NCBI RefSeq assembly: GCF_001194135.2
Contig: NC_069004.1
Coordinates: 13,267,166-13,330,828, forward strand
Direction of reading: 5' to 3'
Source: Octopus bimaculoides
Lineage: Eukaryota
DNA: 63,663 bases
Of this stretch, positions 1 to 12,161 are shown one piece after another. Position numbers and translations under genes: made by a program. Position 1 is the first letter of the stretch, and each line of letters opens with the position of its first letter. The notes under the pieces were generated by a model, which saw nothing but the letters and a program-made list of their open reading frames with translations, was not told where the DNA came from and did not search any database.

Positions 1-600
1 TGATGATGATAGTAACTGTGCGAATGGTAATGGTGATGGTAGTGGTGTTGAAGGCGGTGGAAGTGGTGTTGGTGTTGGGTTTGGTGATGTTGGTGAAGTG
101 GTGGTGATGATGGAAGTAGTGGTGGTGGTGGTGATGAGAGTGGTGGTGGTGGTGTTGATTGGGTTTAATGATAATGGCGGCGGTGGTGGTGATGGTAATG
201 GTGTTAAAGGAACGGTGGTGATGTTGCTGTTAGCGGTGGCGGCGGTGGTGCTGTCGATGGCGGTGCTGAGAGTGTTGATGGTGATGGAGGCGACGGTGTT
301 GATAAAAATACAGCTAATAATTCTAGTGGTGGTGGTTGTAATGGTGGTGGTGGTGGTTGTGGTGGTGATGATAACTGTAGTGGTTAGATGGAAAAGTAAA
401 GTGGTGGCGGCGATTCTAGCGATGATGATGCTTAAAAGAGAATGCTTGTCGTGTCAGTGATAATGGCGGTGGTGTTAGCTGGGTGAAGAGGGTGATGTTG
501 TCATTGTTAATAGTGATGACGTTTAGCAGAGAGGTGTCAATGGTGGTGGTGGTGGTAATGATGACGATGGCGAAGTGAAGAGAATAGCGGAATGGTTTCT
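1..600. repeat. Degenerate (GGT/GAT/GTT)n microsatellite field
   Basis: Visible triplet periodicity; explains the poly-V/M ORF 98..460. Confidence 0.9.
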
Positions 601-639
601 CTCCCTGTTTTTCTAACTCGGTCGGTAGTTGTGTGAATT

Positions 640-2100
640 AAAAAGTGCTACTAGCAGGTCGTTGTTGTTGTTGTTGCTTCGCCTTAGGTCAGTTCCGATA
701 AGATGGTCATGTCTGGTACGCTATAGCGTTCCAGACATGACCATCTTGTTTCGTTTTATGTCATTAGATTTTTTATTTTTTATTTTTCAGACTACGTTAT
801 CTAATATGCCCTTCTTTTTTCTATAAGATTGTAGGGTGTTGATTTTAAGAGAGATTTGGCTGCTATTTCTAGCAACGTGTTAAGTGACACCGTAAAGGTT
901 GTCCACGTTGGCTCGTGTTGTGGTTGTTGTTGATAGTGATGGTAATGCTTATGATTAGCGTTGATGGCACTGTGGAATGGTATTTCTGTCTCCCCCTCTC
1001 TTTCCTTCTCTCTCTCTCTCTCTATGCCAGTCGGTCGCCGAATGGGATGAGAAGTGGCAAGTTGTTTTGGTAGTGGTGTTGATAGTAGCAATGATGTTGT
1101 TATTGTTATTTCGCCCTAGGTCAACTCTAACTAAGCAGTCCTATGATCAAACGCAACGCATATAAGATTGCCTTATTCAATGTCCTCTCCTTTTCAAGAC
1201 GGTACGATGTACTTTGGGTGAGATTTGGCTACTATTTCCAGCATTTAGTGTGACTATGTAAAAAGGCTTCCTCGCTGACTCTACACTAATTTACTGCATA
1301 TTGGTGACTGTAGCAGTGATGTTAGTAAATGTTATCGTGGTCGAGCAGACACATATAATCAGAAGCATTCTACCCATGACCATCCCGTCTTATTACACAT
1401 AGTTTATCGTAGACTATGTTATTCAATGTCCTTTCTTCTTGCAGGTTTAATTTGAGAGATTTGATGGGGTTTTTTTCTTTTTCTAGCAAGTTAAATGACT
1501 ACATTAAAGGCTCTCACATTTGGCTGGGCTTGTGTATGGATGTTGGTTTATGTTAGTTTATGTTTGTAGTGTTGGTGGATGTTTCTGGCAGCAGAGATGG
1601 TAGAATTACTTATGGAAGGAGAATGGTTTATATAGGATTACTCCTGTCTTCTTTTCTCTCATTTTTTTTTTCTGTCTTAGTCTTTCTGTATGTCGGTGAC
1701 TAGAGTTGCGAACAAAGTCGTTCCTATTTAACCCCAGGTCGACCCTGATCGAGGAGACTTATCATCAGACGCATTCTGAATGGTCTTTTAAGTGAAAAAT
1801 AAAACTACATTATAAAATATGGAATCTTGTTAAATTTCTTTCAACCATTTCAAATTTTCACCAGATTATTTTTTTAAAAATGTAGTTTTGCATGCTGATT
1901 ACGAAAATCGTATTCATTTTATTTTTAAAAATTAATAATACAAAAAAGTTACATGAATGTAGAAAATGAAAAAAAAATTAGTGAATTTCAAATGGTTGAT
2001 AGAAATTTAACACGATCCCGTCTTTTATTTAAATGGTTGGGGTGTAATTTTGAAGGAAATTTAGTTGCTATTTCTCGCAAGTCAAGCAACGGTTACAAGA
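640..2100 (+). mobile_element. Cluster of 4-5 decayed copies of a dispersed SINE-like repeat (family A)
   Basis: Recurrent motifs 'gccctaggtca' (about 681, 1111, 1731) and 'gagatttggctgctatttc' (about 852, 1220, 1456, 2060). The family recurs elsewhere in the window. Confidence 0.7.
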
Positions 2101-3545
2101 GGCGTCCTCGTTGGTTTGTTGATACTTGTGTTGTGCATGTGGTTGGTGGTGGTGGTGGTGACGGTTGGAGTAATCATGATGGAACAATATTACGGTTTCT
2201 GTAACTTCTTTCTCCCTTCCTCCGACTCCTCTAAAAGTGGTGGAGTGGGTTCTAATGCTAAGACAGTTTTGCACTATTAGAAAGCAGGCGGCATCGCCGT
2301 AAGGTGTTTTGTGCTGGGTCAGAAGGATAGTGAGGGGTGACCGAATGATAGAACTGCGAAAGAGGGTCTGTCTGTCAGTCGGGTCAGCGAGAAAAGACAG
2401 TTGGCGGTAGCAGCAGTGATGGTAAATAAAACAATGAAACTTTGGCATGGTCTGTTGGTGGTTGGTCGGTGGGATAGACCGGTAGAAGTATGTTCTAGGT
2501 AAAGGTTTGCCACTTTGGCAAAGACCCCATCCCATTTAGTAGTAAAACGAATGATACTCTATCCCGACTACTATAAGTAAAAGGACACCAATTCATTCAT
2601 TCTCTCTATCTTCTCTTTAAACGTATGTACTTTCGTTTACTCTTTCTTTCTTTCTAGCTTTCTTTCCCTTCCATCCTCTTTTTTCGAAGTAAATACTTTC
2701 TTTCCATCTCTTTTTTCTCTCGTTTATTCGTTCTTCTCTCTCTCTCTCTCTCCTTTCAGTCTGTCTTTTTTTTTTTTTTTTTGCTCCTACCGTCTTCTTT
2801 CACTAATTTTTTCTTTTGTCTTTTCCCCCCAACAATCTCTCCTTTTATTTTTTTCCCCCCCTCTCTTTGTCTTCCTAATCATTTTCCTCTGCTGCATTCG
2901 TTTGAAATAGCAGTCAAGTCTTCCTTATATCAACCCCAACCGTCTTGAAAAAGGAAGAACTACTCAGATAATGTAGACCATAGATTTGATTGATCAAGGC
3001 TGGTCTGCAACAACAACAAAAAAAACACATCATCTTTGTTAACCTCGATACTATGTTGATTTTATCTATTTGTGTTATTTCCCTTATTTAAGCGGTTTTA
3101 TGTAATCCCACACCGTGTCGTCATGGATCATTTTCGATGTTTTTGTCAACCCTTCTAGTTCAAAAAGAAAATATTACCATTAACTCGACAAAATGCTCAT
3201 CGGCATGAGTTCAAAACACGCCGAGGTCAACTTTGCCTTTCGTTCGTTCGCAGTCGATAAAATAAAGTACCAGTCTGGAGTCAATATTCTCGACTAAATT
3301 GTTCCCGCTAAAACTGCTGGTCTTGTGTCACAAGTTGAAACAATTATTGTTATTAACAGAAATCATTATCTTGAGAGTTCATATTCCACTTTGCCTCTCC
3401 ATACTTTTGGGCGGATAAAATATTTTAACGATCAAGTACTAAGATCGATTTCATCGATTATACCACCCTCCCCCACAATCTGTAGAACTGTGCCAATATT
3501 AGAAATAATAATAATCATTATTATCACTATTTTTAATTATTACTT

Positions 3546-4570
3546 AAGGTGGCGAATTGGGAGAAACGTTAGCACGCCGGGCAAAATGCTTGGCGGTATT
3601 TCGTCTGCTGGTACGTTCTGAGTTCAAATTCAGCCGAGGTCGACTTTGCCTTTCATCCTTTCGGGGTCGATAAATTAAGTATCAGTTACGCACTGGAGTC
3701 GATAAATTAAGTACCAGTTTGTCCCCTCTATGTTTAGCCCCCTGTGGGCAATAAAGAAATAACAATTGTTAACATGCTGGACGAAATGCTTAGGGCTATT
3801 TCTCCTGTCACTAAATTCTGAGTTCAAACCCTGCTGAGGTCGACTTGGCCTTTCATCCTTTCATGGTCAATAAATTAAGTATCAGTGAAACACTGGGGGT
3901 CAATGTAATTGACTAGTCCCTTCTGCCAAAATTTAAGGCCTTGTACCTTTAGTAGAAAGGATTATTATTATTATTATTTATGGTGGTGAGCTGGCAGAAT
4001 CGTTAGCACGCCAGGCAAAATGCTTAATGACATTTTACCTGTCTTTACATTCTGAGTTCAAATTTCGCTGAGGTTGACTTCTCATCCTTTTGGGGTTGAT
4101 AAATTAAGTGCTTGTGAAACATTGGAGTTGATGTAATTGACTAGTCCCCTGCCCCCAAATTATTGGCCTCGTACCAATATTTGAAACCATTATTATTGTA
4201 AGGTGGTGAACTGGCAGAATCTTTAGAACGTTGGGTGAAAGGCTTAGCGGCATTTCGACCGTCTACATTCTGAGTTCAAATACTGCCGAGGTCAACTTTG
4301 CCTTTCATCCTTTCAGGGTCAATGAAATAAGTATCAGTTATACACTGGGGTTGATGTAATCTACTTAATCCCCTCCCCCAATCTGCCCTTGCAGCAAAAA
4401 TTTGAAACAATATATTATTATTGTTGAGTTCAAATTTCACTGAAATCGACTTTGCCCTTCATCCTTTTGGGGTCAATAAAATAAGTACCAGTTGAACACT
4501 GGGGTTGATGTAATCGACTAGACCCCTCTCCTAAAATTACTGCCCTTGTGGCAAAATTTGGAACCATTAT
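3546..4570 (+). mobile_element. Head-to-tail array of about 5 copies of an abundant SINE (family B)
   Basis: Repeated unit 'ggcagaatcgttagc...gagttcaaatt...ctttcatcctttcggggtc...cactggggtcgatgtaatcgact', mostly separated by (ATT)n. Confidence 0.85.
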
Positions 4571-4759
4571 TACTATTATTGTTATTTGAAAATTTACTTT
4601 GTATTATTTATTTAATGTCTATTGTATTCTGCGTTCAATTCCCACCAAAATCAACTCTGTGTTTCACCCTTTTAAAGTTAACAAAACAGTGAACCAGTCA
4701 AGTACTTGGGGTGATTTAATCACTGCCCACACAAAAATTTCTAGCCTTATATACTCTTT

Positions 4760-5150
4760 TACTCTTTTATTTGTTTCAGTCATTTGACTGCGGCCATACT
4801 GGAGCACCGCCTTTAGTCAAGCAAATCGACCCCGGGACTTATTCTTTGTAAGCCTAGTACTTATTCTATCAGTCTATTTTGCCGAACCGCTAAGTGACGG
4901 GGACTTAAACACACCAGCATCGGTTGTCAAGCAATGCTAGGGGGACAAACACACATACATATACATATATATATATATATATACGACGGGCTTCTTTCAG
5001 TTTCCGTCTACCAAATCCTCTCACAAGGCTTTGGTCGGCCCGAGGCTATAGTAGAAGACACTTGCCCAAGGTGCCACGCAGTGGGACTGAACCCGGAACC
5101 ATGTGGTTGGTAAGCAAGCTACTTACCACATATCCACTCCTGCGCCTATC
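4760..5150 (-). mobile_element. tRNA-derived SINE (family C) with internal CA/TA microsatellite
   Basis: Reverse complement has a tRNA-like head with A/B-box-like motifs. The body recurs near 7075, 33380, 42045 and elsewhere. Confidence 0.8.
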
Positions 5151-6499
5151 TCTGTAAAAAAAAAAAATCAACATTATTCCTCATGTTAGTTTAGTTTTGT
5201 TCTTTTAATAATATTTCGTTTATTAAAAACTGATCTAATTGATCAAAATGCTGTTTTTGCGGCTAATAATGCATTCTGCTGCTGCTGCTGCTTTGAAACC
5301 CATTGACTGCAGTATCCCGATTCAGTTGGGACCAGATCATGTGAAAAAATTGTACCCTATAAACGGCTGCACATTGAAATAGAGAATAAAAGTCGATATT
5401 TTTTATGTGAAGAATTCTTTCCTACACATTTGTTCTTTTTTTATTCATACATATTTTTCATTAATTTATCTATTTATTCAAATATACACTCACACACAAA
5501 ACACACACGCACACACATTCAAATAAATGCATATATACAATGCATATTGTACATATAATGTACACTAACATAATTACTAATTTACTCATTCATTGGTCTC
5601 AGTTAGTCATTGGAATGTGGTCATGCTGGAGCATTGCTTTGAAAGGATTTTTGATTTGATATATCAAATTCCAGTATATATTTTGGTCTGGTACTTATGT
5701 TATAGATTTTTGTTTGTCAAACTTGTAAGTTATGAGACAAAAATCAGACAGGTTTTGTTTTGGCCTGTGTAAATGAGAACACAAACATGACACACACATA
5801 TACACACATATGCACATATACACACACATCCATCCATTCAAACATACATACACACATGATGGCCATCCACTCGTGACCGAGGAAGACCATTACCGACCTT
5901 CGGGAACAATGTGTGCTCTAGGACTAACATATTTTGCATTTGTGGCTCCGTTGGTGGCTAATGAGCCCACATATGTACATACATAGATGCATACATACCT
6001 ATGTGGCGATGGCTGTTTACTCGTTAGGCAAGCATGACCATTGCTGACAGATAAGTGTCAGCTATACCCATGCAATGGTTTTCAGTTGAGTATGGCTTAC
6101 ACAACCCCACAATGACTCTCACCAGCACCAAGAAGCCCAGAGACAAGCAAAGTGCAAGATATCTGGCTCAGAAGAGCAGCTGGTTTTATAAACGAGTTAG
6201 CCTTCTCCTGGAGAGATGCCTTGGCAAAGACCAGGGGTCCCTCCCTCCCAGTGGCCTTACTGCACCCCTCAGACACCAACCTAAGTATTTCTATCTTCTG
6301 TCATTCATATGTTAGTTAACCCATTGCTGAGACCCTGACAGGTGCTACTACTCCAGGTCTGAGTAGAAATGGGAATAGTGGTGGTTAACAGGTGGTTCCA
6401 CACTCCTCTGAACCTTGGAAATCCTGAACCAAATTCCCGCTACTGGATGCAGTTTAAAGTCATACCCAGAACATACATACATACACACTTACATACAAG

Positions 6500-6720
6500 T
6501 GAAAGAAGATATCTATGGAATACTGATTAGGAGTTTGCAAATCCAGTTCTCAAAATACTCAATCAGCTTCATACCTATAATTATTGAAGCAACAGGATAC
6601 ACACCAACCTGTCTGGTGCAAAGTATGGTTGAACTGAGAATGCAAATCCTTAATTCATATGCTGCAAATGACCATGATATCTGGGACTATAAAAATCTGT
6701 GAGACTTTCTTAAGATTTAA
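6500..6720 (+). mobile_element. C-terminal fragment of a non-LTR retrotransposon with restriction-like endonuclease (RLE)
   Basis: KEDIYGILIRSLQ..YSISFIPIIIEATG resembles the K..Y...PI(I/V)GALG end of RLE elements (recognition from memory). Confidence 0.5.
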
Positions 6721-6829
6721 AGGATGATGGTTAAATCAAAGTACTTTCCTTCATAAACTTGCTACCAAGTAGGCGGCCGGTCAAAGTTTACTCTAAATTA
6801 GAAAGAGAAAGGGTAGACATACATATATT

Positions 6830-6925
6830 CGCTCCAGAGCAGTGGAAAATTGTCAGTGTTGTTCACCTGTTCAAAAAAGGTGATCACACATCACCTGTCA
6901 ACTACCGTCCAGTCAGTCTGGAAGA
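6830..6925 (+). mobile_element. LINE reverse transcriptase fragment (CR1/L2/jockey-like)
   Basis: PEQWKIVSVVHLFKKGDHTSPVNYRPVSL matches the W..A.V.P..KKGD.....NYRP.SL motif. Confidence 0.75.
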
Positions 6926-7074
6926 TGTCGAAGGGAGTGGGAAGGAGGAGGCACCTCCAATGGACTCCCATGGTTCTGTGAAACCATTCATCGATGGTGC
7001 CTTGTTTGAGTACTGCTGTGGTTATCTTGGAGTAGAGGTGTTGCTTGAATAGCATGGGTCACCTGCTATACCAT

Positions 7075-7281
7075 CTTTTGTTTTTTATCTTTTACTTGTT
7101 TCGGTCATGAGACCGTGGCCATGCTGGGGCACCACCTTAAAAAACTTTTAGTCTAATGAATCAACCCTAGTACTTATTTTTTTTAAAACCTGTTACTTAT
7201 TCTATCGGTCTCTTTTATGCTGAACTGCTAAGTTGCAGGGATGTAAACAAACCAAAATCGGTTGTCAAGTGGTAGTGAGGG

Positions 7282-7316
<35 letters not shown>

Positions 7317-7460
7317 GGGCTTCTTTCAGTTTTTGTCAACCAAATTCACTTGCAAGGTTTTGGTTGGCCCAAGGCTATAGTTAAAAACACTCACACACGG
7401 TGCCATGCAGTGGAACTGAACCTGGAACTATGCGGTTGGAAAGCAATTACATGCCTGCAC
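7075..7460 (-). mobile_element. Family C SINE
   Basis: Same body as 4760-5150, with an internal (CA)n. Confidence 0.75.
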
Positions 7461-7589
7461 CATATTGATTTCTTTTATTATGGTCCCTAGAATAGCATGC
7501 CAGGCTTTACCATACATCCATACACACACATATATACAACCATACATACATACACACATACATACACCCATATACACTGGCACTCTGTT

Positions 7590-7890
7590 AATTATGATGA
7601 CGAGGGTTCCAGCTGATCAACAGAATAGCCAGCTCGTTAAATTATCACGCAAGTTACTGAGCACTCCACAGACACACCCTTGACATAGTTCTCGGGGAGA
7701 TTCAGTGTAACATAGAAAGTGACAAAACTGGCCCCTTCGAATTAATTACAGGTACAACTCATTTTTGCCAGCTGAGTGGAATGGAGCAACATGAAATAAA
7801 GTGTCTTGCTCAAGGACACTACATGTCACTGGGAATTGAACTCACGACCTTACGATTGTAAGCCAAATACCCTAACCACTTAGCCTTCAC
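7590..7890 (-). mobile_element. tRNA-derived SINE sharing its tail with family D
   Basis: Tail 'gggttccagctgatc...' is shared with family D; tRNA-like head on the minus strand. Close to the copies at 26090 and about 46375. Confidence 0.7.
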
Positions 7891-8304
7891 TTGACAAATA
7901 CACACATACATATATACACACATATATACTCATATATGCATGCACACACGCACACACATACATATATATGTATGTATAATGTTCACATATGTGTCCCACT
8001 TGTTGAGTGGTTTATGACGAGCATTTGGTCTACAGCAGAGACACAGTTCAATTTCCATCCATGAGTCTGTTTACTTTCTTTTCCTGTCTAACAGGTATAT
8101 TTACCTGACATTTTATGAACTGTTATTATTTATTCTATTTATTTATAACTTTGTTTGTATTTGAGCTTCATTTGCATTTGAACTTCAAACTTCTGAATGC
8201 TTTGAACAAAACCAAAACTCACACACACACACACATGCCGTTATGCAAACCATTCGTCTGTTCATTTTATGTCTGTGTTTCCACGCTTGCATGGGTTGGA
8301 TGAA

Positions 8305-8815
8305 TTGTTGTTGTTGGCACTCCATCGCTTACAATGTCGAGGTTTCCAGTTGATCCGTTCAACGGAACAGCCTGCTCGTGAAATTAACGTGCAAGTGGCT
8401 GAGCACTCCACAGACACGTGTACCCTTAATGTAGTTCTCGGGGATATTCAGTGTGACACAGTGTGACAAGGTTGACCCTTTGAATTACAGGCACAACAGA
8501 AACAAGAAGTAAGAGTGAGAGAAAGTTGTGGTGAAAGAGTACAGCAGAGTTTGTCACCACCCCCTGCCGGAGNNNNNNNNNNTGTGACAAGGTTGACCCT
8601 TTGAATTACAGGCACAACAGAAACAAGAAGTAAGAGTGAGAGAAAGTTGTGGTGAAAGAGTACAGCAGAGTTTGTCACCACCCCCTGCCGGAGCCTCGTG
8701 GAGCTTTAGGTGTTTTCGCTCAATAAACACTCACAACACCCGGTCTGGGAATTGAAACTGCGATCCTATGACCGTGAGTCTGCTGCCCTAACCACTGGGT
8801 CATTGCGCCTCCGCA
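8305..8815 (-). mobile_element. tRNA-derived SINE (family D; possibly the published octopus OR type), spanning a 10-N gap
   Basis: Same sequence as 10600-10959 and 43841-44225; about 115 bp is duplicated across the gap. Confidence 0.8.
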
Positions 8816-10599
8816 TGAGAATACATACACAAAACAAAACATCTACTAAACCCATTCACAAGGCTTTGGTTGGCCCGAAACTATTGTGGATACTTGCCCA
8901 AGGTGCCACACAGTGGGACTGAACTCAGAACCATGTGACTGGAAAGCAAACTTCTTATCACATAGCAACACACACACACACATATATATATAGAGAGAGA
9001 GAGACAGAGACAGACAGACAGACAAATAGATAGATGTATATATTTATCATCATCATCATCATCATCATTATCACTTAATATGTGTCTGACAAACTGACAA
9101 TGGTGAATGATTTGAGTGGGGCTGAGGAGTTGGTAGACTGCATCATGGATCATTGTCTACTTTGGCTGTGACTAGTTTCTCTTCTTAATGACAACCATTT
9201 TACCAGATGTACTGGATCCTCTTTCTTTTGTGTGTGTGTGTGTGTGTGTTAGATACCAGCACTTGTGAAAATTGCCTTGTAACTTAGGTTACAAGGTTAA
9301 ATCTCTAAAGTGATGCCTATAAATGAAGAATAGAAGAGAGGTTGAGAGATGGTCCTAGGTGGAGGTCCAAAAGTAGTAAGAGTGGAGTAAGTATATGTGT
9401 ACACACACACACACACACACACATTCGACAGTCTTCCATACAGCTTCTGTCTAAAACATTTTGGTAACAAGATATTCAATGAAAAATTTGAAACCTGAAC
9501 TCTTAGTCCAATACAGTATAGTATAAGGCAAAAAGGGTCACACTGTTAGTGACCACCACAAAAAGCAAATGGAAAGATATTTGATCTGATGAAGAATCTT
9601 TGATCCAAAAGCACTCATGTGAATAAACCTAACCTGACAACTAACAACAAGGCTTCATGCTGCATGAAGTTCTATCTACCTGTCTATCTGTCTATCTATC
9701 TGTCTACCTATCTACTTTATTTCAATAAATTCGCCATTAACGGCGTTACATAGAGGGGACAAACAAAAACAGGGGACAAACAAAGACAGACAGACATAAA
9801 GTAGCTGCGGGCTGGACATGGACATTAATGAGATGAGGGTGATAAAGATGAAACAAATAATGAGAGAGGCACCAGTGCCCGCCAACTGATAACATTGTTC
9901 AGTTTTGTTTTGTTTTTTTTTCTTTTGAAAAACACTTGTGAGGTTGCAAACCTCTTACACTATCAAAATTACAATTTTTACATAATTTCAATATATTAAA
10001 AATTCACAATTTTCGTCATTCCACCACTCCGCAAGCAGATACCTACCTACCTACCTACCTTTCTATCTATCTATCTATCTATCTACCCATCTGGCTATCT
10101 ATTCAGTTACAGTATTTCATCCTCCTCCTTTACCTTCCTAACCTCTCCTGCTAATGGTGTTACCCTATTCTCCTTCTATACAATACCATAACCATGTTGC
10201 CTGAGATACACCAGCACATTATTCTCAGTCCACTGGTCACTTTTTTGACCACTTTCAAAGTGTTTGCTTTGTCTATTTCTTGTAATCTTTAATTTTTCAC
10301 TTGTTTCAGTCATTGGACTGCAGCCATGCTGGGGCAGCACCATAAAGGGTCTAGTCAAACAAATTGACCCCAGAACTTATTTCTTTTTAAGTCTGGTACT
10401 TATCCTATCATTCTCTTTTGCTGAATTGCTAAGTTAGAGAGAGGGAAACAAACCAACACCAGTTGTCAAATAGGACACACACACAATACATACATACACC
10501 TGTTGAAAGACTGTTTGCGTAAATTATGTAACAGAGTAGTCTCCCTTCAATAGTTAGTTCTGTTGCACATTAATCACTGTGTTTAGTTATAATAAAACT

Positions 10600-10959
10600 G
10601 TTGTTGGCACTCCGTCGCGGGTTCCAGTTGATCCGATCAACGGAACAGCCTGCTCGTGAAATTAATAGAAAAGTGGCTGAGCACTCCACAGACACGTGTA
10701 CCCTTAACGTAGTTCTCGGGAATATTCAGCGTGACACAGTGTGACAAGGCTGACCCTTTGAATTACAGGTACAACAGGAACAGGAAGTAAGAGTGAGAGA
10801 AAGTTGTGGTGAAAGAGTACAGCAGGGTTCGCCGGAGCCTCGTGGAGCTTTTAGGTGTTTTCGCTCAATAAACACTCACAACGCCAGGTCTGGGAATCGA
10901 AACCGCGATCCTATGACCACGAGTCCGTTGCCCTAACCACTGGGCCATTGCGCCTCCAC
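10600..10959 (-). mobile_element. Full-length family D SINE with 12-bp TSD
   Basis: TATAATAAAACT at 10588-10599 and 10960-10971; head GTGGAGGCGCAATGGCCCAGTGG on the minus strand. Confidence 0.92.
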
Positions 10960-11299
10960 TATAATAAAACTAAGCTTACTTGAACTAACGTGGGAATTTT
11001 AAAAGGCTAGAAATAACAGCCAAAATTACCTTTACCGTTACAAGACATACATACATACCGGTATGTTAAATAACAGCAAAAATTCTTGATTTATTAAAAT
11101 AATCTCTACCTCAAGTATCTATCTATCTATCTATCTATATGTATACATATATATGTCTATATCTATGTATGTATGTATAGATATATATGTATGTATGTAT
11201 GTATGGTCTTAATGCTATAAGAATTAAGGCGGCGTGCTGGCAGAAACGTTAGCACGCCAGGCGAAATGCTTAGCACCATTCATTCAGCACACAATAAGC

Positions 11300-11697
11300 A
11301 CCATTCATTGATTGCAGCCTGTCTGGCTCCCCGTGCCAGTGACACGTAAAAAGCACCATCCGAACGTGGTCAATGCCAGCTCCACCGCCCTGACTGGCCT
11401 CTGTGTCGGTGGCACGTAAAGAGCACCATCCGAACGTGACCGATACCAGTGCCACCTGTCTGGCTGCCCGTACCAGTGACACGTAAAAAGCACCATCCGA
11501 ACATAGCTGATGCCAGTGCTGCCTGATTGGCTCCTGTGTCACTACACTCTCGGAGTGGTTGGCGTTAGGAAGGGCATCCAGCTGTAAAAACACTGCCAGA
11601 TCAGATTGGAGCCTGGTGTGGGCTCCTGGCTTGCCAGTCCCCAGTCAAACTGTCCAACCCATACCAGTATGGAAAGCGAGCATCAAACGATGATGAT
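11300..11697 (+). mobile_element. SINE-like element (family E) with internal minisatellite of about 40-50 bp units
   Basis: Repeated 'cacgtaaaaagcaccatccgaac' units, then 'aggaagggcatccagctgta' and a GAT tail. Relatives near 36840, 40090, 45360, 48540 and 62525. Confidence 0.75.
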
Positions 11698-12161
11698 CTG
11701 TATTTAAGGCATGCCAAATGAGATATTATTTTTTAATTGGAGGAGGTAAGTCGATTACATCGACCCAATGTTCAACTGGTACTTATTTTAATCGACCTCA
11801 GTGGAATTCGAACGTAAAGACGGGCGAAATGCCGCCAAGCATTTCGCCCGGTGCGCTAACGATTTTGCCAGCTCGCCGTCTTAAATACAAATAACATATC
11901 GACATTTGAAATATCATTTAATATGGGTTAGAAAATAACGGGAGGTAACTTTTGGAACACTCATTTAAGTCATCTCCCTTTGATTCATAACCCGTACAAT
12001 TGAAATTTTCGAAGATAGGACAAGTGGAATTACTAGCACCAATAATTAACTGGTACTTCAGTTGTTCAACCCCAGAGGGATGAACGACTAAGATGACGGC
12101 ATTTGAAATCAAAGGATATAACTACTATTCCCTTCAAACTTTGCTTTTGTGACCGGGACAT

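Noticed and set aside
98-460. Hydrophobic poly-V/M ORF, and similar H-, T-, YI- or CV-rich ORFs (e.g. 25147, 35736, 54103, 61533)
   Set aside because: They are translations of microsatellites with no domain signal.
8455-8700. Exact tandem duplication of about 115 bp
   Set aside because: Identical copies flank a 10-N gap, so this is an unmerged contig overlap. The same applies near 29335-29400.
9653-9669. 8-bp inverted repeat CTTCATGC-T-GCATGAAG
   Set aside because: Short enough to be expected by chance in 64 kb.
11300-11560. CRISPR-like repeat/spacer appearance (also about 40090, 45490, 62700)
   Set aside because: Eukaryotic context, degenerate repeats, mutually related spacers and no cas genes; it is the internal minisatellite of family E.
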